Positions 41,301-53,395 of a DNA stretch of 64,000 bases are shown here, piece by piece (position 1 is the first letter of the stretch; every line of letters starts with the position of its first letter). The DNA is taken from contig CM039004.1 in assembly GCA_017499595.2 (NCBI GenBank), positions 1,798,001-1,862,000 of the forward strand, written 5' to 3'. This DNA comes from Psilocybe cubensis. Its lineage: Eukaryota. A model generated the notes under the pieces. The model searched no databases, was not told where the DNA came from, and was given only the letters and a program-made list of their open reading frames with translations. The position numbers and the translations under genes were made by a program.

Positions 41301-42647
41301 TCAGATACAAAGAGGTAAAAGATTTGATTTTTAAGTACCTCTAATTTCAAAGCATTCCAAAGTTTGCGCGCAGAGACACGCGCCAAAGCTGATCCATAGA
41401 CAGGAAGGCATACAGCCATAGTTTGAAGGGTATCTTTCTGAGAATTCACTTGCATGCAAAGTCATTTCATACCTCCTAAAAGACACTTACTTTGGTCACC
41501 CTAGAGCCCGCGGATACCTTTTCCAAGAAGACGGGGATTGCTAATGGGCCAAAAGCAGGGGTTGCATTGAGGCAATTTCTGAGCAAGAAATTACTTAAAC
41601 GAAATGAACAGAACAACAATTATGATACCTTAAAGCCATTCTCAAATCATCTGTACTGATTCCATAGCGATCATTTGGAGGTGGTCGGAAAGTTATAGGG
41701 AAATAACAGAAGAGGATGTTGAACATTGACTTGAAGATATTAGACCTACAAACGATGTAAACAGATAGAGACGCACCTCAACATGCCCGGATATATCAAA
41801 CTCGATCAAAATAACACGGGCAATAGCAAAAGCAACTATGAGATTGCGAGGATCTTTCTCCCCCTCTGCGAGATTTATGTAACCGTCCAAGAATTGTTTC
41901 CCCATATTTTTCAACACTAAAATCGGGTCAATTAAGAAAATCATTGAAAAAAGCATAACAACACCAGACCATCTCTATGAAACGCCATTACCGAGTCGAT
42001 GATAGAAAACACTTTAAATCTTTGATCTTGAACGATGGATTTCATTTTGATGTGCCGAAAGATTCTACGAAGATTGATGAAAGGGAGTATACAGAAAACT
42101 GGAATACCACATACGCTTCAATAGTCACCACAGCTTCTACAGGAGAAAAAGACTGAAGTAGAGTCAAGGTAGCGAGTCCATTCAACGCAGGTTTAATGGT
42201 AGCCATGTCGTCAAGTTTCCCGCAAAAGAAGGATGTCAGGACTCTGACTGATCAAGCATGTTTGAGATATGTATAATTTTCTTTGGTTTAATGAAAAGAC
42301 GCACCGATCTGGCGATTCAACTTTTCAGCGGGAGTGAGAGAAACAACAAGCGATAACAATTCTACGCCTAACATAGCGAGATAAAACGCCATATTTTAAC
42401 AAAACAGAGCTAAAAACGCACCTTTTTGTAATATATTGCTATCCTCAGAAGTCAAATATTCGCCCAGAGCCTTCACCACATTTAAGATTGAAGAGTTATT
42501 GGTGGATATTTCTGCCGGTATGTAAGTTCAATTGGTGATAGATCTATGTTTTGGCGAGTTCAAGATCATGCCTGAGACGATCTCGTTTATCTCTTCATCG
42601 CGGTTTGTTGCCATCCATGTCTGAACGAGCTTTTCTGTGGATGTCAT
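38328..42647 (-). CDS. MMS19: MMS19/Met18 cytosolic Fe-S assembly targeting factor (HEAT repeats)
   Basis: VKALGEYLTSED, GEKDPRNL, FCYFPITFRPPPND, C-terminal LDDPKRAVRKQAVDARTNW; many short introns. Confidence 0.9.
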
Positions 42648-42897
42648 TGCACAGTTATATGGGCAGCGCGGTATCAGAATTACAATACTCTCTGTTGAGA
42701 GTGTAACGGAAGAGTAACAACGGTCATAAGTCGATCATGGCCCGAATTATCCGATCTCCGTTCAGTAACGTGACTTATTGGGGAGTTACACTCGGGATGA
42801 AGCTACTTCGCTCTTAATCGTCTCTTCTCTTCTCTTAAACACTCTTCGGGCCCTTTGTGTCCTGGGGTAGTGGAAACCAAAAGGCTCTGCCTGGCCC

Positions 42898-44621
42898 ATG
42901 ATATTGCGGGGCGCCTCTGCGACCCAATGTTTGCTACACAAACACCTTCGTTGTTACACCTCGCGGCGACTCTTTTCAAGTTCACTATTATGTTCAAGGG
43001 CCTCCAATAACAAGCGCGACCCTTCACAGCCAAAGGATAAATGGAACTACAACAGAAGCCCCTTTGACGCCAATGTTTCCGAAGATCTTCACAAACTTCG
43101 CTTAGTTGACGCCAATATACTGGAGAAGGAAACCGAACCTCCAGTTAACGTCAAGATGTTGGTTCGAGATTTCATAGAAGACTCCCTCTATAACCCCAAC
43201 TATGGGTACTTCCCAAAGCAGGCTACCATCTTTAACGTACAGGATACAGCATTCGACTTTCCAAATCTTCGTGACTCTGCGGAATTTCAAGAAGAGATTG
43301 GAACAAAATATGCTGCTTACGGGGCGGACAAGCATGATGGGCCTGGACGTCAGTTGTGGCATACTCCAACTGAGTTATTCAAGGTCCGTCTTATACACGT
43401 ACCTTGTCGGAGAACTCTTAAAATAATTTTTAATCATTAGCCGTGGTACGGTCGGGCAGTTGGACGATGTCTAGTGTCCGAGTACCTGTTAAAATACTTC
43501 CCCTATGAAGATTTTGTCATTTACGAGATTGGTGCCGGAAATGGAACTTTGGCTATGGATATTCTCAATCTACTTCAAGAAGACTATCCGGAGGTGTACG
43601 AACGAACTCGTTATAACATCATCGAGATCAGCGAAAGTCTCGTGAAGTTACAGAAAAAAAAACTACAAGAAGTTCATCCATGTGTGACAATTACGCATAA
43701 AAGCATTTTCCATTGGGAAACCGTGGAACCGTCACCTTGCTTTTTCATTGCAATGGAAGTGATTGTAGGTGACATGGTTTCGTCAGTACGGTCGTTGGCT
43801 CAAACAAGGGACAGGATAATTTTGCTCATGATCTAGTGCGGTACGATTTGAAGACATTGAAACCTTACCAAGCTTTGGTCACCATAGACAACAATGGCGA
43901 TTTCGACACTATATTTGACCCAGTCACTGATCCTCTGATAACATCATTTTTGAATCTTCGTCAAACTTTGAATCATCCACCGCCCATCAACAAACTGCTG
44001 TTACAGTCAGAGTCATTGAGGCAGAGATATTTATCACTTCCTTTTGCGCCTAATCTGTCAACCGCAGAATATATCCCAACCCGAATGCTCAGTCTTTTAA
44101 GAACTCTGCGAAGCTACTTCCCTCGACATCGCCTGCTCTTGACTGATTTTTCATCACTTCCGGATTCAATACCAGGGGTCAATGCTCCCGTGGTCCAAAC
44201 TCGGTTCCAGAACATCACCGTTCCTTGCACCACCCTTCTTGTCAAACAAGGCTATTTTGATATATTCTTCCCGACAGACTTCGAACGCCTACGAGATATG
44301 TACGAGTTTATGTTGGCCCAGCCGCCGAATAAATCAGGGTCCTTGGAAACCCTAGAGTCAGGACGAGTCACTCCTTTAACATCCACTGCATCATCTTTTT
44401 CGTCGGGCTCTCAGTTTTTCTCGTCATATCAACCTAGCAATAGGAGGAATCCAGTCGATGGAGTAACTTCTGCGAGTGGCCTTCCTGTTGGGGAGCGAAA
44501 ATCAAGTGTATTCTCTCATTCACAGTTTTTGGAAACCTATGCTGAACTGGAGAAAACACGATTACGCAGTGGAGAAAATCCCATGCTCGATTTTTACAAA
44601 AATGTTAAATTTTTGTTTTGA
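42898..44621 (+). CDS. mitochondrial SAM-dependent methyltransferase, NDUFAF7/MidA (DUF185) family
   Basis: Presequence-like N-terminus; VRDFIEDSLYNPNYGYF, HTPTELFKPWYG, IYEIGAGNGTL, YNIIEIS, DIFFPTDF. Confidence 0.85.
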
Positions 44622-44640
44622 AGTATTTAATCAGGGAAGA

Positions 44641-45707
44641 TTATTTTTTCGCAGAATGTATAGATAGTAATGGAATGCTTCCCCCAACTCCTTGATTGAC
44701 AAATATGTCCCTTCTCTCTGTAAGTAACGCCGGCGAAAGTGAGGTTGCCCAAAGGTTAAGTAGATGAAGACCCCGCTGTTATTCAGAACTCTGCAAATGT
44801 TTATCATCGTAATGAGGTTGATGCCGTGTTGTACATATTATGAGATGGAATACCTCAGTGTTTCATCTACCTCTTTATTACAATCTTCAATAACTTGCTG
44901 AGGGGGGTCCTAAAAGGAGAATTCATGAATAAATCGTTCGCAGAGTTTGATGGTGGTCAGTGTAATACCCAGACATCTCCTTTGGCAGTCATCATAGCAT
45001 CCATGGTTCCTTTGTGCAGTAATTAATGAGGATAAACAGGTCTTAAAAAACTGTGGTACCTTTATCAATTGCAACGTCGAATGACCCATCCTCGAAAATC
45101 AGATTCCGAACGTCCATTTCATGCCCTAGGAGAATCTTTAGTTTATTCCAACGTATATTCGCGAAACAGCGAAACATACATTCCATCTCTGGACGTATGG
45201 TACTATGCCTTTTTTTCATTTGCTCAATGAGAACGCCTGAATACTTTCAAATAGTTATTGACGGATCCGTCAGGCATGGATAAAATTTACCAACATCGAC
45301 ATTCACAATATTGCAGTAGCCGTCTTCCCACATCTGACATTATTTCCGTACAGATTTCAAAAAGACTTATCATTACAAAAACACTCACATCCTCTGAAAG
45401 TCTAGAGTTTCCGCATCCAAGCATGAGAATCCTTGAGGATTTGTTTGGAATCAGTTCACGAAGGAGGTGAGCAAGGTCGGCATATGATTTGAACCAGTCA
45501 AAAGAGTCATTGTTTTGCTCTCTTATGATCTTCAGTATGAGATATCTGCACTGTAGAGTGTACGGGAAAGACTAACTCAGTGTATCTCTGATCCCTTCAG
45601 CATAAGGTTAAGATTAGATGGCGGAATCAAGGTATTTAGATGAGTTGGGCATACCAATAATCTTTTGTACCATATTCCTCGTTCTTTACAGGAAGGATTG
45701 TGGACAT
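44641..45707 (-). CDS. class I SAM-dependent methyltransferase, EEF1AKMT4/METTL13-N-like
   Basis: EYGTKDYWDQRY, FDWF, ILMLGCGNSRLSE, VDYS, MDVR, FDVAIDKGTMDAM, FGQPHFRR; TAA at 44641-44643. Confidence 0.85.
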
Positions 45708-46000
45708 TGTATATAAAATCGATAGTATAGAATACGAAAAGAGGTAGACAAGGACCACAAAAATTTCCCTGGAAGTGACTATGGTAATTGGAGGCAAGTT
45801 GACTACAAATTTCAATCGACTTCGAGCTTGCAAAGCAATAATTAAAGATAAGATAAGATGCAGATTTAGATGTGTTCCTTGAGCATTTGATCCAAACAGT
45901 CAAACTCAAAACGAAGTTAGCGCATAATGATTAGCACAACTTCAAGCGACCACTGTTCCAACATCCGAGTTGCACATACCATCTTCTTCCCTTTCCAATA

Positions 46001-47350
46001 ATGCCTACAAGTCGCTTTGAACCGTCATCCATAAAAAACAAAATTAAGCGAGAGGAGGTGCTTCAAAAATCAAAAAAAGCTAAGAACCAAGCAAAGCTAC
46101 AGAAAAGATTGGCGCAAGCAAAACTTGAAGCAAGTGATCCTGCTCTAAAAAAGGTCAGTATTCTTTAGCCACTTTTTTCCTCAACCTCTAACAATCTCCT
46201 ATAGAAACGACTCGCTGAGAACATCCCTGTCACTCTAGATAATGCTCGTGAATTTGATCCGTCAATCCTGACTGCTGAGCCATCGTCGTCGAATGCGAAT
46301 GGCGGATCTTCACAGTTAGAACAATTAGAAGCCGACCTCGACAATGATCCTTTTGCATCATACTTCACGTCAACAGATGACCCACTCATCCCACCCAAAA
46401 TACTGATTACTACCTCACCGAAGGCTTCCAAGGCAACTTATGAGTTCTGCGACGAATTAGTGGGTGTTTTCCCTGGAGCCGAATTCATACGGAGAAAGAA
46501 AGGGAAGGGTTTTGAAGTGGGAAGAATAGCAGGATGGGCAGCTGATCGTGGATACAAGCATTTATGCGTCGTTAACGAAGATATGAGGAAACCAAGTGAG
46601 TGAGTTTTGCTATCCCAATCTGTTTCGGTCCTCACATCCAAATTGCAGATGCCATAACGCTTGTGCATCTTCCAAACGGCCCATCTGCTTACTTTAAACT
46701 CACTTCCGTTGAACTTACCAAGCAAATCTTCGTAGGTTTTTACTTTAGTATCTGCCTATTATTGACCAAACAACTTGGAATAGGGTCATGCCCGTGCAAC
46801 GCCTCATCATCCTGAGTTGGTTCTGAACGGCTTCGTAACTCGCCTTGGGCATGCTATTGGTCGTATGTTCCAGACTACATTCCCACAGCTTCCCGAGTTC
46901 CAAGGACGTCAAGTCGTCACTTTGCACAATCAACGCGATTTTATGTTCTTCAGACGACATCGGTTTGTTCTTTTCTTGCTAAAACAACCCACGGGTCCTC
47001 ACAATAATTACAGATATGCGTTCAGATCAACCGAAAAAGTGGCATTGCAAGAAATTGGCCCTCGATTTACTCTTAAATTGCGATGGTTAAAGAAAGGTAT
47101 TCCTGCAGTCCGCAATCTCGGAGAGGCACCAGAGCCGCTTGCGTTTGATGTCGAGACAGCCTCAACGGCGGATGGACAACCAACAGAGCTAGAGTCAGAA
47201 AAACCTAAGAAAACTATCCCGCCGAAACAGGATGAAGTGCTTTGGGAATGGAAGGTTAGTGCAATTTGTCACTTTCAAAGTGCTTTATTCCAACATACAA
47301 TATTAATCTAGCCGGAGTTGGAGACAACGAGAAGAACATTTTTCCTCTAG
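46001..47350 (+). CDS. RPF1: Brix-domain ribosome production factor 1
   Basis: [73 protein letters not shown]. Confidence 0.92.
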
Positions 47351-47738
47351 TACTTACCCTCTGTTCTTTCTACTTATGGTCCATTCTCTGTATGGCTTAT
47401 AGTTCTCCATGATCCTGAGCTTTGAGCCTATGTAAATGTTACAAAATGCTATCATATATCTAATGAAGCGATTATTTACTGATCTATTCTCTGCAAATTT
47501 GTGTCGTTAAACCTTTACCTAGGCCAAAAAACAGAGGCCCATAGATGTGGCTAAAATGGGCCAGAATGTTTTGTTGTAGAATCACTCGCATAAATATCAC
47601 AGAAAAACTCGCCTGACTGTAAAAACACGTATGGGAAATTACAATCTCCTGAACCCGTAAATGAAGTTAAGAGTGAATCACAAGTTACAAAAGACTCGAA
47701 TGGTCATATTTGGTATATTAATCAGCGCAGCCCCCTAC

Positions 47739-50020
47739 TCACAATTTTGCTTTAGTGTTCGCCAATCCAGTGTGTAGCTTGTACAGATCGTCGGCGGCTT
47801 TGGCTATTTCTTGCACAAATTGGTCGTTGGGCATCTCCTTTCGCGATGTGATGGTATATTGAAGATGTCCTATGTCGGGGGAGAGTTAGAACATGGAAAA
47901 TAGAATCTCCTGAAAATCTCCAGAATGTCATGCTTACCGTCGAATCCAGTCATATATGCAACGCCAAAACCATCAGGTACAACTTCACCCCAGCCATATA
48001 CAGGGAAGTGCTTTGAGAAGATGGCGGAGGTACTTAGCACCCAGTATGACGATCGTTTGAAGACAGGGTCGTCATAAAGCTCTGGAAGGGCTTCGCCGTC
48101 CTGCAGCGATTTTCTTAGGCCAAACAAATGGCGGTCCACACCTTGGCCTTGTCCTCCGGCTTTTGCAAGGCTGACGTGCTTCTTCGTGGCCTGGTCGAAG
48201 AGTTTCTTGCGCGTTTCTGAGCTGACACTTGGATCGTCCATGCTTCGTACCCACTCGTCGGCCTCGCTTGTTACAACTCTAATCGCTTCAGTGCGACCTT
48301 TGAAGTATTTTCGTGTTGAGGCTGCCTCGTAAGTACCACCTTGTCGTTGCTTCGTTCCCAACAGCCGCTTGTAAGCCAACTGAACGATCATTTGCGCCCA
48401 GGAGTCTGGGGAAACACCGAAAGCTTTAATGGCCGCCTTGCCATAAGAAGTTCGATGGAAGCCGAGTTCTTGGGATTCGATCAATTCGACAGCAGCGTTG
48501 TCTGCCTTGGCAATCGCCTGTGTAATGGCCGGTGTAATTTCCCAGTCCAAAGGAGTGGGCGTCTTGTCAAATGCTTTGAAAGGTGAACCATGATCGAAGG
48601 CGGGGTCGTATAGCATGTCAAGAACATCGTCACACATGCGCGCTGTAGGTGTGCCATCCATTACAGAGTGTTCACCCATGAATCCTGCGTAGCCGTTATC
48701 GAATACGATGAATTGCAGTGGTTTGTCGACCCATCTGTTTCGAAGACCAACGGGAACACCGCCAATGACATCACCGTGCCAGAGAGCACGGCTGTGATGA
48801 ATGGGGTCAACAGGCGTTGAAGAATCCAAGCAGACAATGAATGCGGAGGAGTTGATGGCATCCAAAATTTCCGAGTTGTAAGATGATGATGACAGTTGTT
48901 TATAATCCTTTGTACCTTTTCTTCAGCAAAAGCCAGTTCAGACTGAGCTCGGAACTAACCTGGGCCCACACATCACGGTTTGAAGCCGATAAAATACCAA
49001 CACCAGGATATTCTTCAAGAGTGTTGTCATAGATATGTTGAATTTGCCTACGTATAATGTAAGTGACTAGACTTTATTAATAAAATTGTAAAACCTACTT
49101 CTGAATCTCAGGAGTGCTTAGAATTCTGCCATTGTCGGTAATGTCAACCTTCCATAACCTATTCTTCCGTATAACAATTATATGGCCAGAGTCGCCTTTG
49201 TCTCCTGCTTTAGCGTGGGAGACACTCCAGTCATACCCTTCCCCGGGCACCCTACAGCAGTCGAACATCCATCTATGAGGCGCATCAGAATAAAGGTTTG
49301 AATATGGATTTATAGAAAGAATACATGCCTGTATGTATCCATGCAAAACGGACCTTCCTTCGTAGCCTCTGGCTTGATCAAACCCTGTTTCAGCTTCTGC
49401 CTGAAGATCATCGTGGCTCGAGCAATCCCTGCTGCCCGTGCAGCCGGATGATTCGTAACTTCCTTGCGCTGGTTGTTGGGAGATTTGTCAAAGCCATCTG
49501 CATAAATTATTGAGTCACTGCATTGAACGAGAAGGTCGCTATAGCCTACAATAATACGATACGTTGATAACCACCTATGGGATGCGAGCGTTTAGAGCCA
49601 AGAGAATTAATGCAGCGAGGGAGAACTCACAGAATCGCGATAACCTAGGTAGGCTGCATCGTCCCACCATTCCTCCAGCCAGTGTTCGCGCTCACCGGCG
49701 TGTTTAAGGAGGCGTTCATGCAGCTCGGGGCCCTTGCCTTGCCCAAAGTTGTCGATTTTCTTAACCACTGACGCGTACTCCGCCTCTGACCAGGCAATAG
49801 GCTTTAAAGATTCTTTTAGACGTGCAAGAGTATTCTGAAGATCCGGAACAGGAAGCCTTGGGAGTGTGGATTGGGCAGCGAAAGTCGTTGTACCCGGTAA
49901 GGGTTCGGGAGCTTCAGTTTTCCATTCGACGGGTCGCATGCGCCTAGCTGTGGATGTCATTTGTCGGCAGGTGTGAGGAGAAAAGGAGAAGAGGGACCGA
50001 GGTGATTTGCGTACCAGCAT
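47739..50020 (-). CDS. CAT2: carnitine O-acetyltransferase (mitochondrial/peroxisomal, Cat2-like)
   Basis: LPRLPVPDL, WLEEWW, NRWVDKPLQF, catalytic GEHSVMDG, YEAASTR, GQGVDRHL, LSTS; ends AKL*. Confidence 0.9.
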
Positions 50021-50303
50021 AGTACGAAATCAAGAGCGGAATGCCGCTGTATAACAGTAGCAACTAATAAAGCGCGCCTGTAGTTTGGCATATGATTCGG
50101 GTTATCTTTCCACCTTTCCCCAGTTCCCCGGATTCGGCACTTGGCGGAAGAAATACTGAACATCGGGTTCCTACATTGGAACTTTCCACTGCCAATCAGA
50201 CTCATGGTCTTCATCTACCATGAAGAGTGATAATTATTAAGTATATATAAACATAGATCCTTTTGTATTCCGATAGGATGTACAAGCAGCTAAGGTAGTC
50301 TAT

Positions 50304-51085
50304 TTACTCCCATTTCTCTTCAGCCTCTGCCTTGATTCCCTTCTCAGCCAAGTTGCCTACGCGCAGGGCCATATCTACTGACATGACTCCCGCAATCAGA
50401 AGGAACGGAATATAGCTCGAAAGCAAGAGTACTCGTTGCTCAGAGGTGATGCAAGCAATGCCCTGCTTAAGTGTCTCCGGTGTGAGTTCGGGTGTTTGAA
50501 GGACGACAGCGACACAGGCAAGGGTGGTCGTGGCGGAAGACGCTCCGTAGATGACGAGAAGAGGGTATATTCTTTGGGATCCTACGTGGAGGTCGGTCAT
50601 GGAGAACGCTGGACTAGGCGGCAAAACACGTACCAGAGTACAAGGCGCGTAGGCCGAGTATGAATACAGGGACTTGAAAAACGCTGAAGAAGCAAACAGT
50701 AAACACCATGGGTGAGCCCAATTGGACAAGAACTCACGCCTCAAGGGCCAGGAATGTCTTGAACCATATCAAGTGGCCCCCATCGCCGTAGAGATTGAAT
50801 ACGCCTCCAATGAGAGGGTCCCTTGACATAGAGACATAGGAGTCGAGAGCCAGTCGAAATAATCTTGGTACATATTGCGGTGGATAAAGGTACTGTAAAT
50901 CGAGCACAATGCTGGCGAAGAGATGGACCTACGAGCGCAGTGTAAGCACTAGCACGGACAAGGGTGGAAATGATGGGACTTACAGCGAAAAAAATAAAAT
51001 AGACGAGATCAAGAGGGCGGGCAGTCAATGGAAGTCGTGAATACGAGGTGTATATTCCTTTCTGCTTTTCATTGTTGATGAGCAT
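50304..51085 (-). CDS. EXPERA-domain membrane protein (TMEM97/EBP-like)
   Basis: RPLDLVYFIFF, DPL, WFKTFLALE, YGASSATTTL, YIPFLLI; two to three introns. Confidence 0.8.
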
Positions 51086-51210
51086 GTTGAGTGAGAGAAC
51101 GCGTAACTGAGCAACGCTAAGCTCGTCAAGCGCGTACTACGACACACGTCTCGTCCACGTGATCGATAAGATCCCAAAAATCAATCTGTGCCTTTCTGTC
51201 CACTGCCAAT

Positions 51211-53170
51211 ATGCCCCATTACCCACATTCGCATGTGTTCGTTGGCCCTACACAGACCGTTGACATTGCAGGCCCACATATACAAGTACTTGACAACGTG
51301 TAAGTTTGGATACCAAAGTTCTGCAACCGCTGATCCATTGGCTCAATTCTGTTGGTAGAACTGGCGTCGTGTTATTCTCGACCACCGCGTTCTCGAATGA
51401 CCAAAAAGATGTCCTACTAAAGTCCGGGCCTGTTAGATGTGCTGCTGTAGATCAGGAGTTCACACATGTCGTCACGTCCGCGGAAGACAAGATGCTGAAA
51501 GTTTGGCAACTCGACGGATTGAAATTGCTCAGCGAGAGGTGTGCAAATGTTCATATTCCAGCTCAGCACAGACTTTGAGTGTGAATGGCATAGGGAACTC
51601 CCGAAAAAACCTACCTCTGTCGCGTTCACTGCGGATGCACAGACTATTCTGGTGTCTGATAAGTTTGGCGATGTGTTCAGGTGCGGGTCTGTATGTCTGT
51701 CAATTCACTACTGGTTTTTGACTGCTCAAGGCAGCTATCCTTTCACATATGTACCCCTTACAGTGAAACAGAAAAAAGATGCTCTTTCTTCTCACGAAAA
51801 CCCATCTGGAGGTCAGCTCATCTTAGGACACGCTTCTCCCTTGAACGCATTCCTGTTGACGCCGGATGAACGATACATCATCTCCGCCGACCGTGACGAA
51901 CACATCCGAGTGAGCTGGTATCCGAAGGGATACAATATTGAGATGTACTGCCTCGGTCATTTAAAGTATGTGTCTATGCTTAAGGACATCTGGGTGTCGT
52001 GCTCACTATATGCATAGATTTGTCTCAGCAATTCACATCCCGAAATTTGATAGCGCGACTCTTATCTCCGGGGGCGGTGATCCTGTCTTGAAGATTTGGG
52101 ACTGGATGACTGGATCTGTAAGACATGACATCGAGGTATTAGAGAAGGTCGAACCTTACATGGCGGTACGCGCATTGAAACGGAAACGCGGGTATGAAGA
52201 CGGAGAGGCTCCCGAGGGAGGCAAATTCAGACGGAAGAAAGGCAGAGGAAAAGCAAAGAAAAAGGAGGGAAGTACGGATGCAAAAGATTCTGAAGAGCCC
52301 GAAACTGCCAACGATGTTCCAGAGGAAGAGCCAAAGTTGGAAAAGGTGTTGGTTATTCGCCGAATTCAAAGCGTGAAATCTGACGCTGGGCCTTATATAT
52401 TATTCTCTGCAATTGGGTGAGTGACTCCTGCTCTTAGAAGGGTTATAAGTTGACCAAGGAGTGAAGAACGACTGCCGTATTTTGTTTCCCACTGAAAGCC
52501 AGTGTAGCTTCAGTTGACATCAAGGCTTTTGATTTCGGTCGACCCGTACTGGACTTCTCTGTGGTAGGTGAACAGACAATCGTCGTCAGTCTGGACGGGG
52601 AGTGGATTCCCGGAGAAGGAGAAATGGCAACAGCCAACGACAACGACATGATCAAAATCCTCGGATTTGCAGGAGGAGAGGTAAGGATTATTATTTGCCA
52701 TTGGCACAAACTTGGCATGAAAACACTTTGACAGCTGTTCGAAAAAGAAGAGTCGCTGGCAGTCCTGGCGTCATCGCTAAATTCGTCCTTGGTTTCCGGT
52801 GTGTAGTCATTTTGTGTCGGCAACTTTAAGCTAATCCGAAGAAACAGCGACGGCTGAGGAGGTGAAGAAGCTGGATTTGTACGGTGACCTGACATCCATG
52901 CCTAAATATGCATCGGATGGCGACATTGAAGGCGAAGGGGATACAACATTGCCGATCGGTGCACCCGAGCTTTCGTCGTCGGAGACCGCGAAAGGGAAGA
53001 AAGGGCAGGTTGAACTAAGCAAAAAGGAGCTCGGAAGAATAAAGACAAAACAGGCTGTTCTTGCGAAAGCTCAGAAAATGGAGGTTGATGGGGAGACAAA
53101 GACAGAAGAGGAAGAGGCGCCCGAGTCGAAGAGGGCACGGTCGGACGGAGGGAGTGGGATGGGCGCCTAA
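51211..53170 (+). CDS. TRM82: WD40 subunit of tRNA m7G46 methyltransferase (Trm82/WDR4)
   Basis: EDKMLKVW, LPKKPT, SDKFGDV, LILGHAS, ADRDEHIRVS, YCLGH, SGGGD. Confidence 0.88.
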
Positions 53171-53395
53171 GTGTAGATACAACTAGCTACAGAGATCCGA
53201 GAATGCCGGAAGGCTGCTTGGCAACACGCACCAGAGTCAACAATGTCCAGAAAAGGGAATACCGGGGACAGCCGAGTGCGGGGCCGGCTGGTGGAGAAAA
53301 GAAAAATAGATTGGCCGGAAAAGGAAATGCAGTGACTGGGTGTTGGAGGTCACACTGAATGGCAGTAACGACAGGACTGGACTCTGTACTCATCC

